A stretch of 64,000 nucleotides of DNA from Lama glama (taxonomy: Eukaryota), in the NCBI GenBank assembly GCA_028534125.1, contig CM052817.1, positions 39,558,001 to 39,622,000 of the forward strand. Reading direction: 5' to 3'. The translations under genes were made by a program, and so were the position numbers. The notes beneath the pieces were generated by a model. It made no database searches. It was not told where the DNA came from and was given only the letters and a program-made list of their open reading frames with translations. Below, piece after piece: positions 51,711-64,000 of the stretch. How positions within the stretch are numbered: the first letter of the stretch is position 1; each line of letters begins with the position of its first letter.

Positions 51711-52640
51711 ATCTTCCAGAAGCCAGAGTATGTACACAGGCCCAAGGTCTGTTTACTTGCTTCGTAAGAGTTCTATGAGGGAACATTAAAGATCTGATGG
51801 CCCAAGACACTACTAAGATTCTTATACTCAATTTAACTTTGCTGAACTTAAAAATATTTGTCATAGATAAATGCATATATATGTAAATATACACATATTT
51901 CTTGTATGTAATAGCTTTTTAAAAATGATACTACATAATCAAAGCTCTTTTTAGTCTTTAAAAAACACCTATGAGAATTGGGATATATGCTAACAAATGT
52001 TCATTCAGTTTTCACATGGAAGAACCTAAAAACTGAACCTCTCCTCTCAAGTGCAAGGTTTCATTATTCATGATAACAGTTACTCAAATTACCCAGAAGG
52101 AAACAGTTTCTTTCAGAGAATAGGCCTAGGCTTGTAAACCCAAAACCATCATGTGATTCAAGCCATGGTTTTTTCTCCAACTTTTTGTAAGAGTCTTATT
52201 TAGGCATCAGGTTCTTCAGTGTAAAAGAATCAAGATCCCATCCGGGAATTTTTTAATGTTTCTCTGTAATGGGACTAAATATACCATTACATCTTAATCC
52301 CAGGAGAATTATTCCGTATACTCCTGTTCACTCAGAAAATTCATCAACATACAATTTTAAATATTTTGACAACAAAACTTTAATGAACATTTTTAAAGGC
52401 CTTGGGGAATGATTTTTTTTATCTTTAAATAAAAATTAATACACTATGGATAGTCCCCAACATATAAGCAAATTTTTCCAATAGTACATTTTAATGTCAA
52501 CAGTATAAAATTCAGAGTATATTTATCACAGGACATAGGAGTTAGGTTAAATGTATTAACTCATCTTATTTCATATAATGCTATAAAAATTCTCCCATCA
52601 TACGAAACTATGTTTCTGTTAGAAAATGTGTTCAGAACTT

Positions 52641-53166
52641 TATGACAGACACTCACGGTTGGTTGACTCCACAGTTATTCACAAGTCCTTTCTCTCTTTC
52701 ATCTCAATAATAGAGGATGAAAAAGCTAAATACTTGTTTTCTCAGCCTTTCTTCCAGCTAGAGGTCACCATGTAACATGGTTCCAGCCAATTATAAGTAA
52801 GACAAGTCTATTGGGTCTTCAGAAAACTTTTCTCCCTCATAACCAAGAAAGAGACAAAAGGAAAACTTCTTCCCTGCCACTTCTCCCTCTTGTTTTGGAT
52901 TCAGACACGATGCTTGGAGCTATGGTAACCTTCTTGTGAGCAAGAGACAAAAAGCACAAGGCTGAAAATAATCGCCAAGCAGGGCAGAGCAGAAGAATGG
53001 GAAGAGTGAGGGTCCGTGATATCGCTGGAGAACAGCGAAACCAACACCAGCAACCAAACACCTCCAGTCTTCTTTCAGTATGTGCTAGTAAATGACTACA
53101 TTAAAATAGTCAGTGTTATTCCATTTTCCTGTCCACAGGTCGCCAAAAGCATCCCTAAGAGAGACA
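52641..53166 (+). mobile_element. MaLR solo LTR (MLT1I/H-like)
   Basis: 'ccagctagaggtcaccatgtaacatggttccagccaat', 'gatgcttggagctatggtaaccttcttg', 'ggcagagcagaagaatggga', and the end 'ccaaaagcatcccta'. Confidence 0.75.
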
Positions 53167-55084
53167 CCTGCCATCTGGGAATTCTACATGGCTCCTACTA
53201 GAGTCAAGCTGTGGATCCCCCCATTTCTGGGCAATGGAGGCCAAGACTCCTATTTCCACAGACTCTTTCCTCATCTGCAGCTTCAGATTTTCAGTGGTCT
53301 TCAAGCCAATACAGGGGAGTGACAGGTAAAGGGAGGCAAAAAGAAGGAAATTTTCACAAAGGAATTGGAGTAAAAAATTTGAAGGACTGGAGACTTCTGC
53401 TGGTAAAAATACTGGGGGACTCAGATCTCCCAGTCCTGAAGCAAGTACACAGTTCTTCTGAAGTGTACTGAGACTACAGACTGCTGATACTGCAAGAAAA
53501 CAGATGGGGAAAATGCTTCCCTTTTAGTATAAAAGGATATGAACTTCCTGGAAAACAATTAAGCCATATGAATCAAATCTCTTAAAAATATTAATATGCT
53601 GTTGGAAATCTAGCTGGGTTTTGGTCTGACTCTGCTCTCACCTCAGCCGGCTGACTGGGATGATACATCCTCTGAATTTAAAAAGTCCCCACCTGGCAAT
53701 GACAACAGCTCCACTCCAAAACAGAATGCTACCCGACGTCATGTTTCTGCATTGTGTTTTCCTTCCCTCTCACTCAAAATCCTAATATATATTGAGACAG
53801 ACACATTTTTTGTTCCTTTCATTATTTTCCTTTGGTTTGTTTGGCCGTTTTCCTTTACAGCATTTTAACCTTGACCAGGCAGCTGCCTGGAGTGACACCC
53901 AGTGGTGATAATGAGACTTGACAGCAGCTCCTTGTTTCCCAAGGGCAGCTGACTCAAAGGCTCTTACCTTTCCCATGACCGGCTCCCTCAAAGTTCCCTT
54001 CCAGAACTTTTTTCACATTTCCTATAAGCAAAGCTTTTATCCCCAAAGGGTATCCATTTGTTAGAATCTAATTTTTTTTTCTGTTCAAGAATCTTTATTA
54101 ACTGTTGAACAAGCATCTATGGTTATAGAAGCTCCTAGAAAAAAACCTTTCATTAGCAAAGAGCCAAGATTTTTCTTTTAATAAAATAACAAGGTGGGAG
54201 GCGTCTTCTCCATGAAGCAGCAGTATCCAACATCTTCTATATTGATATCTCTCTACTCAGACTTGTCACTGCAGAAGCTCCTTCAATTATGAACATTTAT
54301 AAATAGGAACAAAACTACAAGCCAAGGAGGAACAATGAGTGAGCAATATCCACCACCAACAGATGATGGTGACAGTCACTTGGAACTTCTGAACATCCTT
54401 TGGGAACCTAATTTGTTAATAATCAAAGGAATTAACAGGACCCCAAAGAAAGAACAAAAGCAAATTTTGATATAAAACCAAGTAGCCAAAGTTTATATTC
54501 CAACGTCCCTGGTAATATTCTGCAAAGGTCTTTCACAATTGTCTCATTTTCAAATGTCCTTCCAGTGATCTTCACTGGGCTCTGTTAGTTCCACATTCAG
54601 TTTTCTAAATACTGTCTCCATAGTACCTCATCACATGCTGTGGAAGCCGAGAATTATTTCTGGCCAGTGAGAGAAATAAGCAAGGCCAAATTAACCAAAA
54701 GAGGTTAGATCATTAGGTACTGTCAAAAATGAGGAATACCATAATTATAAATGAGAAATGCCATGATCCTCAGCCCTTGAGGGGTAAATATCTATACCTT
54801 TCTGTGGGGCAGAGGTATTTTAAAAGCAGAAATGAGAGCTACTATTCAAAACTCCTGCATTAGGAATATTCCGAAGTGGAGTTGTGAGATCAAGTTTTGC
54901 CAGATCTTTTGGTTGCATCCCTGAGCCACTTTTGGATTGGCACAAGCTTGGAACAAGGCTTAATATTGTCCTTTCTGATGAGAGTTCTTGACATCAATGA
55001 AGTAGTCCCCTCAGGGGAATCAGTCAAGAAATTCTTGTTATTACCAGAATAAAATGTTAATTGGGATTAAAACACCTAGCTGAG

Positions 55085-55252
55085 GAGGGGAGGGTATAGC
55101 TCAGTGGTAGAGTGCATGTTTAGAATGCATGAGGTCCTTGGTTCAATCCCCAGTACCTCCATTAAAATAAATAAATAATACCTAAATAAATAAATAAAAA
55201 CCTAATTACCTACCCCCACTCAAAAAAAGAGGAAAAAATTTTTAAAAAAACA
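55085..55252 (+). mobile_element. tRNA-Ala-derived SINE (Vic-1 type) with 16-bp TSD
   Basis: 'ggggagggtatagctcagtggtagagtgcatg...ggttcaatccccagtacctcca' plus tail. TSD aaaacacctagctgag (55069-55084) / aaaacacccacctgag (55253-55268), 14/16 identical. Confidence 0.93.
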
Positions 55253-55334
55253 AAAACACCCACCTGAGACACTACAGCCCTGAAAATCATGAAGCAGCAG
55301 TATCCAACATCAGAAAGGGTAACTGCACAAGCAT

Positions 55335-55560
55335 TTCAGTCAGAGCTGGATCTGAATCCCCAACCACCACTTAGCAGGCAGATGACTTTGACCCATATAT
55401 TGAATCTCCCCGAGCCTCAATCCACATCTGTAAAATGTGGATGATACGAGTTCCCACAGCTCCCATCTGGTTGTCGGGGAGACTGAGGCACTGCACGGAC
55501 ACTGCCTAGCAAAGCACTCCACATGCTGTAACTGCCCGCCAACGTTAGCTGTTATTGTTA
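55335..55560 (+). mobile_element. MIR SINE
   Basis: 'ctgaatccccaaccaccacttagc...ctccccgagcctcaatccacatctgtaaaatgtggatgata...gttagctgttattgtta'. Confidence 0.75.
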
Positions 55561-57221
55561 AAAGAAAATCTAGGCTGCTTAAGTTTTCAAAGAAATGGAT
55601 CAGGAGCAGATACCAACTTTTTCCACTTAGGAATGCAAATCTTATCTAGGTTTGGGGAATCCTCTCTAATTTTGCAGCAGAATGAGAAGAAGATAAAAAC
55701 TGCAGGTGATCACCAAACAGAATAAATTCTTTTCTCTCCTACATCAAAGAAAGAATCACAGCCAGAAATGTAGTCGTTTTGACCTCCTCCTGAAAATATG
55801 TTCTGCAGAACAAGCTGGGAGAAGTGTGTGCAAACAGAGAATGCCCCACTCATCAGTGTCTGCATCAGGGTCTCTTATCAATGAGAACCGAAAGTCACAG
55901 GATTCCATTAGCCCAGAGCTATCAAGGTATTGATGAGGCTGTGGGAAGACTTGTCCTTTATTGTAAGCTGCCTCGACACGCTTTCCTGATGGGGAAAGGG
56001 GCCTGTGGTGTCCTCTGCATGCGTAAGTATCAGTAGAAGTACAGGGAGGGGGGAAGGATACCATTAAACCAATTTTATCTTAGCCAAGGACTGCATCACA
56101 TGTCTGAGATCAATATGACTCACAAGACATATAGGTGGTTGATAGAGAGTAAGTTATCTTTAGTAAATTAAGGTAGGAGGTGATGTGATTGGGCTGGGGA
56201 GGAGGCACACTCTCTTTTGAAAGATTAAGCTAGAAACTTCCCCACATAATTTGACACATCTCCAAAAAAATGTCTCCTACAACTGAATCTAAAACAGGTT
56301 CCATTCCCTAAGGTTCCATTTGTTGTGTAACCTGGTTAAATAAATGAGATCTGCCACTTCTAAGTCTAATTTTCAACTTTTTTTCCAAAAGGAACCATCT
56401 CTTAATAAATACTTATAAGCTGCACATGACTGACTTCAAAGGCCAGTATGCTGGTTATTGCTCCATCATTGTTTTCCAAAGTATGTAAAAGGGCTATTTC
56501 ATTTTTCAACAGACCTGATTATAGTTAGGAAAACCAGTATTGTACATTAATACAATATTGTATATTAGTATATATTTACAGTATAAATAGATACCATTAT
56601 ACAATATATAATTTTATATACTACCTTCTATATAACATATAATTTTAAGTACAAATTAAAATGATACTTAATTTTAAAGGCTATTTAAAGAAACTCTATT
56701 TGACTCTTCTAGAAAGCAAAATGTTCTGTAATTCAATCATCCTTGCAAATATCTTATCTTGTGAATTTGCATTTGTGTTTTCTTAAAGCAGATTGCTTTT
56801 ATATTAATAGATACAAATGCACATGAATGCATACATGCATACAGATACACAAAATAATTACATTACTTATGTTTTCCTCAAGGTCCAGTATTTTGAAATA
56901 CGAGTAACTAGAGGAAAACTCAGCATGCTTGTAAAGTATGGCATGGAAAGCTAATTGAGAGAGTCACAAAGTAGATGATGCTTTCTGAAAGATGTAAGAA
57001 TGCAGAGGAGTTCAGGGTGTGTGTGAGTAAACAAACCTGTACAGAATGAGACTCTGGGCTCTGCACTCAATAGCCATTATGAACGGGATACTGAAATAAA
57101 AAGAAATCAGAAATCCCATAGGTCTCTCCTTTTTTGGGTACTTTAAAAATAATCTTGAGGACTAAGACAAAAGCCTCATTCTTTTGATGACTCATTTTCC
57201 AGATTTTCTAAGACAGTGTTA

Positions 57222-59421
57222 TAATAAAAAGAAGAACTTACAGCAATCATTCTCAAACTCTTCCAAAAGATTGGAAAGAAAGGAACACTCCCAAACTCAT
57301 TCTATGAAGCCATCATTATCCTGATACCAAAACCAAAGACACTACCATTATAGGCCAAAATCTTTGATGAATATACATGAAAAAAATCCTCAAAAAAAAA
57401 ATTAGCAAACCAAATCCAACAACACATGAAAAAGACACATGACGATCAAGTTGGATTCATCCCAGGATCACAAGGACAGTTCAACATATGCAAATCAAGC
57501 CATGTGATACACTACCTCAACAAAAGGAAAGACAAAAAACACATGATCGTATAAATAGATGCAGAAAAGCATTTGATAAAATTCAACATGCATTCATGAT
57601 AAAAACTCTTACCAAAGTAGGTATAGAGGGAATATATCTCAACATAATAAAAGCTTTTTATGACAAACCCACAGCCAATATAATACTCAACAGTGAAAAG
57701 CCAAAAGCCTTCCTGCTAAAATCTGGAACAAGACAAGGATGCCCACTCTCATCACTTTCATTCAACATAGTATTGGAAGTGCTAGCCACAGCAATTGAAC
57801 AAGAAAAAGAAACAAAAGGGATCCAAGCTAGAAGGAAAGAGGTAAAATTGTCACTATATGCAGATGACATGATACTGTACATAGAAAACCCTAAAGACTC
57901 CACAAAAAACTACTAGGACTGATAAGCAAATTCAGTAAGGTAGCAGGACACAGGATCAACCTGTGGAAAGCTGTTGCATTTCTTTACACTAGCAATGAAA
58001 TATCAGAAAAGGAGAGAAAAAAATCCCTTTTAAAATTGCATCAAAAAATAAATAAATAAAATACTTAGGAATAAACCTGACCAAGGAGGTGAAAGACTTA
58101 TACATTGAGCACTATAAAATATTGATTAAGGAAATTAAAGATGATTTAAAGAAATGGAAAGATATCCCATGCTGTTAGATTGAAAGAATTAATATTTTTA
58201 AATGGCCGTACTACCCAAAGCAATCTATAGATTTAATACAATTCCTATCAAATTACTCACAACATTTTTTATAAAACCAGAACTTATAATCTTAAAATTT
58301 ATATGAAATCACAAAAGATCCAGAATTTCAAAGCAATACTTATGAAAGAGAACAAAGCTGGGTCATAACACTTCCAGATATCAGACAATACTACAGAGCT
58401 ACAGTAATCAAAATGGCATAGTACCGGCACAAAAACAGACATATGGATCAATGGAACAGAACAGAGAGTCCAGAAATAAACCCATACACCTACAGCCAAC
58501 TAATCTTTGACAAAGGAGGCAAGAATATACAATGGAGAAAAGACAGTCTCTTCTGCAAATGGTGTTGCAAAAGCTGGACAACCACGTGTAAATCAATGAA
58601 GTTAAAACACTCCCTCACACCATACACAAAAATGAACTCAAAATGGCTCAAAGACTTTAATATAAGACATGACACCATAAATCTCCTAGAATAGAACATA
58701 GGCAAAACATTCTTTGACATAAATCATAGCAATGTTATCCTAGGTCAGCCTACCAAGGCAATAGAAATAAAAGCAAAAAATGTACAAATGGGACCTAATC
58801 AAACTTATAAGCTTTGGCACAGCAAAGGAACATAAACAAAACGAAAAGACAACCTACAGAGTGGGAGAAAATACTTGCAAACAATGTGACTGACAAGGGC
58901 TTAATTTCCAGAATATACAAACAGCTCATACAACTCAATAACAAAAAAACAAACAACCCAATCCAAAAATGGGCAGATCACCTAAATAGACATTTCTCCA
59001 AAGAAGACATACAAATGGCCAGTAAGCACATGAAAAGATGCTCAATAACGCTAATTATCAGTGAAGTGCAAATCAAAACTACAATGAGATATCACCTCAC
59101 ACCAGCCAGAATGGCCAACATTAAAAAGTCCACAAATAATAAATGCTGGAGAGAGTGTGGAGAAAAGGGAATCCTCCTACACTGTTGGTGGGAAAGTAAT
59201 TTGGTGCAGCCCCTATGGAAAACATTACAGAGATTCCTTAAGAAACTAAAAGTAGATTTACCATTTGATCCAACAAGCCCACTCCTAGGCACATATCCAG
59301 AGGAAAGTCTAATTGGAAAAGATACATACACCCCAATGTTCACAGCAGCACTATTTACAATAGCCAAGACATAGAAGCAATCTAAATGTCCATCAACAGA
59401 TGATTGGATAAAGAAGACATG

Positions 59422-59458
<37 letters not shown>

Positions 59459-59926
59459 GGAATACTACCCAGCTATGAAAAAGAATGAAATAATGCCATT
59501 TGCAACAACATGGATGGACCTAAAGACGATAATACTACGTGAACTAAGTCAGAGAAAGATAAATATCATATGATATCACTTATATGTGGAATCTTCAAAA
59601 AATGATACAAATGAACTTACTTATAAAACAGAAAGAAACTCACAGACCTAGAAAACAAACTTATGGTTACCAAATAGGAAAGGAGTGAGAAGGGATAAAC
59701 TAAGAGTCTGGGATTAGGAGACACAAACTACTATATATAATATAGATAAACAGCAAGGTCCTACTGTGTAGCACAGGGAACTGTGTTCAATATCTTGTAT
59801 CAATCTATAATGAAAAGGAATATATATATGTATGTATGTATAACTGAATCACTATGCTGTACACCACAAACTAACATAACATTGTTAATCAACTGTACAT
59901 CAATAAAAAAACATAAAAATAAAAAA
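57222..59926 (+). mobile_element. 5'-truncated L1 (~2.7 kb) covering the RT domain, C-domain and 3'UTR; inactive
   Basis: ORF pieces with [26 protein letters not shown] and RYHLTP...KCW...LLHCWW, broken by stops and frameshifts. Perfect 14-bp TSD ctaagacagtgtta at 57208-57221 and 59927-59940. Confidence 0.96.
59426..59457. repeat. (GT)16 microsatellite inside the L1
   Basis: Perfect gt run. Confidence 0.97.
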
Positions 59927-60394
59927 CTAAGACAGTGTTACAAATTGAAAGAGAATTTTTTATATGTCTGTATAACACCCATGATCGTTATCCTCATCAC
60001 CACTGAGGATAATATGGAAAGCATCCTTTCCCAACTAGGGAGTGCCTGATGTCACAGCTCCAGGTATGCCCGTGACATCTCACCCTTCCAAAGTGACTTT
60101 TGACCTCTTCTTTGACATTCCCCTAACCATAAACTACTTTTGCATTGCCAAGTCATACATGTCAATTTCAGTGCCTTTTTTTGCCTACACACCAGCAGGA
60201 AAGTACACACCAAAGGTGATAGTCTTCAGGATAACAAAGGTTCTGTGATGTTTCCCATATTCAGTGGGCTAGATATTATAACTCCTAATACATTTACTAT
60301 TGATATTATAACTACTGCAACAAATAGCTTGAAGAGTCAATGCAACAGGAGTCATTCTCAAGAAGTGGATAAAGGAAGTTGCGGATTTGGGTAA

Positions 60395-60776
60395 TGCTAT
60401 AGACTGAATGTTTGTGCAGCCACCACCGCCCCCCACCCCAGCCAAAATTCGTATGTTGAAGTCCTAACTCCCAAGGTGATGGTATTTGGAGGTGGGGCTT
60501 TGGGGAGGTGATTAGGTCACAGGAGTGGAGTCCTCATGAATGGGATTAGTGCCCTTATAAAGGAGATCCCAGAGAGCTCCAGGCCCTCTTCTGCCACATG
60601 AAGACACAGGGAGTAGACATCTCTCTATGAACCAGGAAGCAGCCCCTCACAGACACAAAGTCTGCCAGCACCTTGATCTTGGACTTCCAAGCCTCCAAAA
60701 CTGTGAGAAGTATTTGTTGTCTATAAGCGACCCAGTCAAATGTACTTTGTTACAACAGCCCCAAAGGACTCAGATG
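60395..60776 (+). mobile_element. MaLR solo LTR (MLT1A/A0)
   Basis: 'tgctatagactgaatgtttgtg', 'gtgatggtatttggaggtggggc', 'atgaatgggattagtgcccttataaa' and 'caccttgatcttggacttcc'. Confidence 0.92.
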
Positions 60777-63021
60777 CATGATAAGTGGAGAAGGGAGAAT
60801 TCCAGTAGCACCTTGCGTGAACCTCTGTGGTGGACACAGCACATTTGTCTTGATCAAGAATTGATTTATAGGGACATTTTATCATTAGCACTGAACTAGA
60901 AGCATCTTGAGGACAAGAGACCATATTTTATCTTTGAACCTTCCCATTGCACAGCTCTGTGCATTCTATCTTATACGCACTTAACACAAACATCTGTTCA
61001 AGTGTCTCCTCCTCCGAAAGGCCTTTCCAGACCCCACCCCAATCTAAAATCACCCAACTCCAAGTGAGAGGGCATCCTGTAATTTTTGCTGCTCTATCCT
61101 CTTCACCTGAAGCAGTAACGTAGTAGACAGTAAGTGTTTGTTGGATGAATAAATGAAAGATCTTGTAAAATAATTCTAAAAGAAAATCTGAGAATTATCC
61201 AAAAGGAAGGAAGAGAGGCTATTGGAAGAAAAGATAAGCAAACCTAACCCAGAATTGGATGAGAGGGTATCAGAGTCACATCTAAGAAGAGGTTCATAGT
61301 ACTCCAGTGGAGATGACTTTGGCTGCTTTAATTTAGAAGTGTGTGGCTAGGGTCTAAGCCCTCTTTGTCATTGATATACTTGACTGGCAGGCATGGATCT
61401 GCCCTGTCACAACATCTGAGAGGCTAAGTAATGACTGGTGCCACTTGAGTGGAAAATTCTGCACACTGTCAATACAATGGGTGTCAGAAGCACATTGTTA
61501 CTCATCCTAATCAGAGTAATTGTACACAGGGATGGCCCAGGAAAGAAAAGGAAATGAATGCCTGTCTGTGGGCAACAATGCAACTTCATTTAACCTTAAC
61601 AGACCAGGCGGCTGATATCATTTCTCTCTGGCACTTGCTGAGATTCTAGTGTCAAAACAGCTTCTCATTTGCAATGTATGACAATTTCCTCACATCTAAA
61701 AAGACATTGCCACAAGTCAATAGACTATAAATTGCACTTGGAAATAGGATCATCTTAACTAAAGCCTGCCTGCTTTCCCCAGGAGGCCAATGGCTGCTCC
61801 CCCTCCTTTTAATAATTTGTATGTTTAGGTGTTCGGTCAATTTACTCTACACTTGTAATGTCTTATAGCCAAGACCATCAATCAGATTCGGCGTGACAAA
61901 AATATCCTGCTACAATATTACAGGTTATTAAAGGGATGATGGGAACGAGCTGCATGCATTTACTGGGCCCTTTTTTCTCATTTCAGAAAAGCTGTCATGG
62001 GCCTAAACTGGTGATTCATCTTCTCTTCAGTATCTACAGGTGGCTGCTAAAAGTGGACTTTGATGAGCTACTTTCATGCATCTTTTACCTCTCCAAACAC
62101 CTCTACCCAAATTTCCTTCTCCTGTACCCTTTCCTCTTGCCTTGAAAACAGGATAACCTGTTGACAAGAGAGCCATGTGGCAATCTAGCTTAGATCATTT
62201 TTCGCTGGGTGCTTGGAAGACAAATGATATTCCATGGATTTGCTCAAGCTACTCAGGTTTCTATTATTCACCTACAAGTCACACTGCCACTCAGGAGACC
62301 CCTATTTCAGGCTTAAAGTTTGGAACACGTGAAAAAATTATTCATAAATGAAAATACAATGTTTTAATATATCTCTCTAACTCAAGGTAATTGTTTGATT
62401 GCTGCTCTTTTAGATAACCAGGCAAATATTAAATAGTTATTGGGATTTACAGCACTTTATTTCTCTGAGTTTGGGAGCAAAAAAAGCAATAGCAACAAAG
62501 ATATCACTAACGAAAACATCTGGCACGATTATATCAGTAGTCCCTCACTTCTCAGTTCATTTACTAGTCTCCAACAATCACTTAGATTTCTAGCAGAAAA
62601 CGTTGATGTCCTCTCTTGCTGTATTTAAACCAAAAGTCTTAAGTTTCTAGTAAGGCTTTTAACAACTTTATAATACACTCTCAAGGAAGAAGTTAAGGAT
62701 TCCTTTCATTGTTGTACAAAAGCTCAAAATGGCATTTTTGGACAAATCCATCGTGTCTAGCTCTAATGAGACCCCAGGTTCATACCACCATAGGCCACGT
62801 GTGAAATCTGACGTTGACGACAGACAGGTGAAATGCTGGTCACAAGCAGGTAGCATCACGCTTCATAGGCACCAAGCATCACAAATGGATTTACAGGTGT
62901 TTGTTTGTTTGTTTGCTTAGTGTAAGGGAAAGGGTTTTAACATTCTCTCTTATTAGTTACTCCAGTGGCAAAAAGTTCAGGGATAAACAAATACATTATT
63001 ATGTTTCTTTTTAAAATATAT

Positions 63022-64000
63022 AGAAGACAACCTATGGAATGGGAGAAAATTTTTGCAAATGAAACTGACAAAGGCTTGATCTCCAGAATATATAAGCAGC
63101 TCATACGACTCAATAAGAAAAAAATAAACAACCCAATCCAAAAATGGGCAGAAGACCTAAACAAGCAAGTCTCCAAGGAAGACATACAAATGATCAAAAA
63201 GCACATGAAAAAATGCTCAATATCACTAATTATCAGAGAAATGCAAATCAAAACTACAATGAGGTATCACCTCACACCAGTCAGAATGGCGGTCATTCAA
63301 AAATCCACAAATAACAAATGCTGGAGAGGCTGTGGAGAAAGGGAAACCCTCCTACACTGCTGGTGGGAATGCAGTTTGGTGCAGCCACTATGGAAAACAG
63401 TGTGGAGATTCCTCAAAAGACTAGGAATAGACTTACCATNNNNNNNNNNNNNNNNNNNNNNNNNNNNNNNNNNNNNNNNNNNNNNNNNNNNNNNNNNNNN
63501 NNNNNNNNNNNNNNNNNNNNNNNNNNNNNNNNNNNNNNNNNNNNNNNNNNNNNNNNNNNNNNNNNNNNNNNNNNNNNNNNNNNNNNNNNNNNNNNNNNNN
63601 NNNNNNNNNNNNNNNNNNNNNNNNNNNNNNNNNNNNNNNNNNNNNNNNNNNNNNNNNNNNNNNNNNNNNNNNNNNNNNNNNNNNNNNNNNNNNNNNNNNN
63701 NNNNNNNNNNNNNNNNNNNNNNNNNNNNNNNNNNNNNNNNNNNNNNNNNNNNNNNNNNNNNNNNNNNNNNNNNNNNNNNNNNNNNNNNNNNNNNNNNNNN
63801 NNNNNNNNNNNNNNNNNNNNNNNNNNNNNNNNNNNNNNNNNNNNNNNNNNNNNNNNNNNNNNNNNNNNNNNNNNNNNNNNNNNNNNNNNNNNNNNNNNNN
63901 NNNNNNNNNNNNNNNNNNNNNNNNNNNNNNNNNNNNNNNGATAACTCACAGAGAAAAAAATGTGACAATGAGTGTGTATATGTCCATGAATGACTGAAAA
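63022..64000 (+). mobile_element. Young 5'-truncated L1 spanning an assembly gap and running off the window
   Basis: An uninterrupted ORF2 C-terminal frame ([13 protein letters not shown]...LLHCWWEC...GIDLP) up to the gap. L1 3'UTR sequence resumes at 63940. Confidence 0.93.
63440..63939. other. Assembly gap (500 N)
   Basis: Run of n characters. Confidence 0.99.

Noticed and set aside
53600..54110. Possible additional LTR or exon-containing element
   Set aside because: It is LTR-like in composition only. I could not match it to a family or find termini and a TSD.
56550..56563. 14-bp perfect palindrome atacaatattgtat
   Set aside because: It lies in very AT-rich low-complexity sequence where such palindromes arise by chance.
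57488..59374. ORFs of 142, 83 and 186 aa as host genes or an active L1
   Set aside because: They are fragments of one 5'-truncated L1 ORF2 broken by stops and frameshifts, with no ORF1, endonuclease domain or promoter.
62965..63993. ORFs of 342, 223, 208 and 178 aa at the window end
   Set aside because: They are artefacts of translating through the N gap. The real residues are L1 ORF2 or its antisense.

Overview
Mammalian non-coding genomic DNA, very probably from a camelid (camel/alpaca lineage). The lineage call rests on four tRNA-Ala-derived SINEs of the Vic-1 type and a matching set of young L1 3' ends. I recognise no protein-coding exon, true RNA gene or CRISPR array. The long ORFs are decayed L1 ORF2, a decayed CR1/L3 ORF2, chance ORFs, or artefacts of a 500-N gap (63440-63939). 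The window is a layered transposon record: MIR, L2, L3/CR1, old L1M, MaLR and LTR16 solo LTRs, hAT/Tigger MITEs, and young L1/SINE copies with target-site duplications (TSDs). A few repeat-poor blocks rich in transcription-factor motifs look like conserved enhancers. The most interesting items are: (1) a twin-primed inverted L1 that also carries a patchwork templated insertion; (2) an exact 24-bp templated duplication about 1.1 kb apart; (3) a ~2.2 kb CR1/L3 fossil with nested insertions; (4) a strong + strand bias of young L1s and LTRs, suggesting the window is intronic in a minus-strand gene; (5) two candidate enhancer blocks. I found no convincing novel biological system. Repeat subfamily names are from recalled consensus sequences, and boundaries of old elements are approximate.
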